In this document: positions 60,801 to 64,000 of the stretch, piece by piece
Layout of the letters: each line of letters opens with the position of its first letter
Position numbering within the stretch: the stretch's first letter is position 1
NCBI GenBank assembly: GCA_036172245.1
Contig: JAYWIR010000036.1
Span: forward strand, 1,116,001 to 1,180,000
Source of the DNA: Raillietiella orientalis
Lineage: Eukaryota
DNA: 64,000 nt
Reading direction: 5' to 3'
Made by a program: the position numbers and the translations under genes
The notes under the pieces: model-generated
The model's database searches: none
Told to the model about the DNA's origin: nothing
The model's input: the letters and a program-made list of their open reading frames with translations, nothing else

Positions 60801-62200
60801 TCTGAAGAGGCAACACCCCAAGTGGGATATCAACCAGCTCCGTGGTATCGCTCCATATACACAATTGGAGGGGAACCACGGAGGGTCGACTTGCAATCCC
60901 AGACACTCATCGGAAGGATCAGCTTCCACCAGTAACGCACCTGAAGCTCATGGGTCAACCAGGGTCGTCCTCAAGGGGAGGGAGGCGACTGGAAACTCAC
61001 AACGCTCCCTCTATTCACGGTGTGGATGCTTCGTCCCGGATGGAATTCTAACCCGCGACACTCGGTGCCGTGTGGCCTCCAACGCGGGCTTTCGCACGTC
61101 TCAACAGTACATCTGAAGGAGAAGGAAGCGGACAGATGAAGGGATGGTTGGTCTTCCTCCCCCTTTTTCTGGAAGAGGGCGAGAGGAAGAGAGAAAGGGG
61201 TGCTGCGCAAATGGCCATCGTCCCGTGGCGAGGTTGGCATTCGTGGCGCAGACAGCTACGGCAGCGACGACCGTGCAGTGACCAATGAGCCGGAGCCTCG
61301 GCTGCGACTCCATCCTGCGGGGACGCGATGGCGCTCCATCAGGTCTGCGCTGAAGAACGCGCAGCACCCCTCCGAGCGCAGAACGTCCAGTCTGCGATTC
61401 CACCGGATGAAGGGGGAAGGAACAGGGCCACAGAGGAAGGTACGGAGGTCGTAGGCCACTCGCTCCTTTGGGGGCCAGCAGTAGCGTGTGCTCAGTTTTT
61501 TGGGGATCCGTTGGATGTGCCGGCCCGTCAGTGGCGAGAGTTCACCGCGAACCTCCCTCGTTCAACCCGACTTTGGCCAGCAAGATGGCTCCGAGTCATC
61601 GAGGGATCCACTGGAAATTTTCCGTCATCCAGGATGCCACTCGAAACGGGCCCGACTATGAATCCTAAGGGAGAGCGCAGACCGTCGCAAATGCGGGGAA
61701 CGGGAGTCTCTCCCGCACCTGATCGTGGAAACGTTTCGGAACGACTCTCCGGATCCAAGTTGGCACTCCCAGGGACGTTTTACGTCTTTTCTTTGAGCGG
61801 GACGCCTTGCAGCCAACCGCAGCCCCGGCAGTGCTGTGCTGCGTCTACGGAATAGCAGCGGCCTGGAGTGAAGCCGATGTAGGGAGAGACTGGAGGGACT
61901 CTATCCAGTTCGCATCTCGCTTTCTGCGGATGGCGGCGAGACGTCCCCACCTGGGACCTATTCGGAAGGACCTAGCCGGCACTCTGGAAAGGATGCAGAC
62001 TCCCTCCAGCGGACAGTGATTTTCACCCCGACCCTCCCAAGATTTTTATTTCCTTTTATGTGCTCTTTTATTTTTCATTTTTCCTTTTGTTTTCTCCCCG
62101 TCCCCTCCGCCACCGAGGTGACCCCCACCGGTCTGCGCACCGGCGACTCGACAGCTCCGTGAGCAAACGGGACGCCGCAGTTCCACGTGTCCTACCACAA
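57900..62200 (+). mobile_element. Decayed, internally deleted L1/Tx1-like LINE with a SINE inserted
   Basis: HLMVYCTF (SDH-like endonuclease end, ~59550), FLWKR...PSSRGEVGI (FLW...P...GGLG-like, ~61165-61240), RKCGERESLPHLIVE zinc finger (~61686-61730). The C-terminus and 3' UTR are homologous to 10200-10470. The 5' boundary is uncertain. Confidence 0.6.
60541..61089 (-). mobile_element. tRNA-derived SINE copy 6 (diverged)
   Basis: Reverse strand GCCCGCGTTGGAGGCC head, GGGTTAGAATTCC B-box, core TACCACGGAGCTGGTTGAT. Confidence 0.75.
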
Positions 62201-64000
62201 TTTACGAGGCTGTTTTACATTTTCAAGAACGCTGCGGCGTGTCCGGGTGGAAATCGAACTAGGTCCGATGGCCCCACTGGAATCTGGATTCTAGCCTCCA
62301 GGACAAACAGGTTCACAAGTCCATATCCAATAATTTGAACACGCAAGAAATGTACAATGGGTCATTGAAAATGGAGGAGCAGCAGTGAGGAAGAAAAGAG
62401 AAGATGGCTCTGAAGATGACGATGCTGCCAACGCACCTGCAGCACATAATGTGTGCCGTGCAAGGCAACGGAGAAGAGTGCGCTAACACAAATAAATTCA
62501 GTTTTTTTCTCTCAACAAATCCATAAAAATGCGATTGTACATTTGTACTGTCGATTGCCCCAATTTGAAGAACGTGCAATTCCGTAGAATTATGTAAATG
62601 CAGTCTTTATGTATCCGTGGGTTTTTTGTAGTTTCCTGCATGAATACTGAGGCTGATCCACTTGCCCGTAATGAGACCATCATTGATTTCGAGCTCTTTC
62701 AATGTGGGTTGTCAGGAAAGCCAGGCTGAGAGCTCCAGTAAAAAAACAAGGGCCCCTGCAGTTTGCTTTGTACACGTGGCTATACACTTGTAAACTTTCT
62801 GAAAGATGAGGGCAAATGGCGGGACGTTCCAGAGCAGTCAGCGCGCTTTACATGCCGCGGCTGGCAAGTCGTAAAAGAAAGTTGCAGCAGCACGCTTTTG
62901 TTTAGGCATCATTCCTTAGATAGCATGTTTGCACGAGAAGCACCAGGAAGAAAGCTGTCAGGTAAAGGGGGGAAGGATCTTGCAGAACTTTTCGAAGGAA
63001 CGGAAATCACATCATCGTCCCGGCGTTTGATCGAATTCTTCCCTGTTAAACGGGAACTGCCATTAATTTCCAGAAGGCAACTGGAGAAGGTAGAAAGAAT
63101 TCCACCTCTTGCCACTGGTGCCGATCTCCCTGCGATGTTCGCAAAGGGTTGACCGGACGAACTTTATCAGAGCCCTCAGGGGAATTTAAAAAAATACCCT
63201 CACGTTTGGGCCCTGAGCTTGGAATTTTCCTCATTCCCTGTGCTCCAGCCTTCATCCTTCGCTTTTCTCAAGGAGGTAACCCAGACAAGTACACCCCTCT
63301 CCCGACCACTCCTTCGCCAGCATTCTGCAAGCGGTTGGCCCGTGCATCGATGCCGACCAGCCCCGAGGAGGGAGGAGGAACAAGATGCGGGGTTCTTCCT
63401 TGCCTCCCGTTGCCGCAGAGACGGAAGTTTCTCGTCGGGATTGCCCCCCCGGCGGCGAGCCCAGGAAGCTCGGCCGCGCGCTGCTGAAGGCGGGCAGGGA
63501 CACCTCCCTGCCTCCAAGGAGACGTTGAAAGTGATGGGGATGCCTGCATACGCGAACGGGCGGGAGGAAGAGAGGGCGAAGGAGAGGTCCGTCTATTCTG
63601 GCCTCATGCACGGATGCTCGTGCGGGAAAGAGGAACCCGACTGCCCTCCTTTCCGTTGCCTTGGTGCGCTGGGTCTGGCTGGATAGCATCGGAGACGAGG
63701 TCCGCATCTATCCGTTGTTCCTCCGACGTCCGAATGCTCGCGAGAAAGATAAAGCGGTCCGTTCCCGACCTTCTCCTTCCAGCTTCTCGAGTTAATTCTC
63801 GTTCCATCGAGGGACGAACGTCTCCCGTAGGAAACCAAAGACCCCGCGCCACGGTCCCTATTCGAGACTGGCGGCGCTCCTCGCCAGCCGATCGGGCCAG
63901 TTTGACGCGTGGAGCTGCGATGAGCACTGCACTGCCCTTCGCGCCAGAGGCGAATCTCCCGAGATGCGCCCAGCATCCGTGCGCACTGCTCCGGGGACCC

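Overview
Eukaryotic (animal) genomic DNA, GC- and CpG-rich, most likely from an arthropod-type protostome. One complete multi-exon gene lies on the + strand at 16460-50153: a Tolloid/BMP1-family astacin metalloprotease (signal peptide, prodomain, furin site RKTR/AA, astacin with [11 protein letters not shown] and SIMHY, CUB1-CUB2-EGF1-CUB3-EGF2-CUB4-CUB5). I reconstructed 17 core exons plus 2 candidate prodomain micro-exons by hand. All introns are GT-AG with consistent phases, giving 3171 nt (1056 aa), or 1029 aa without the micro-exons. The rest is largely decayed retroelement DNA: L1/Tx1-like, RTE-like, I/Jockey/L2-group and Penelope-like remnants, plus six copies of a long tRNA-derived SINE. 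The most unusual feature is a 289-bp inverted copy (43022-43310) of part of the gene's own CUB4 exon and its 5' splice site, about 1 kb upstream in the same pre-mRNA and differing from the exon mostly at synonymous positions. It is a candidate RNA-pairing element for splicing or A-to-I editing, or a relic of a once-functional duplicate. Also notable are a 5.5-kb quasi-palindrome with near-identical 540-bp arms, a tRNA-head/LINE-tail junction and several near-perfect short hairpins. All alignments and family calls were made by eye, so the TE assignments are tentative.
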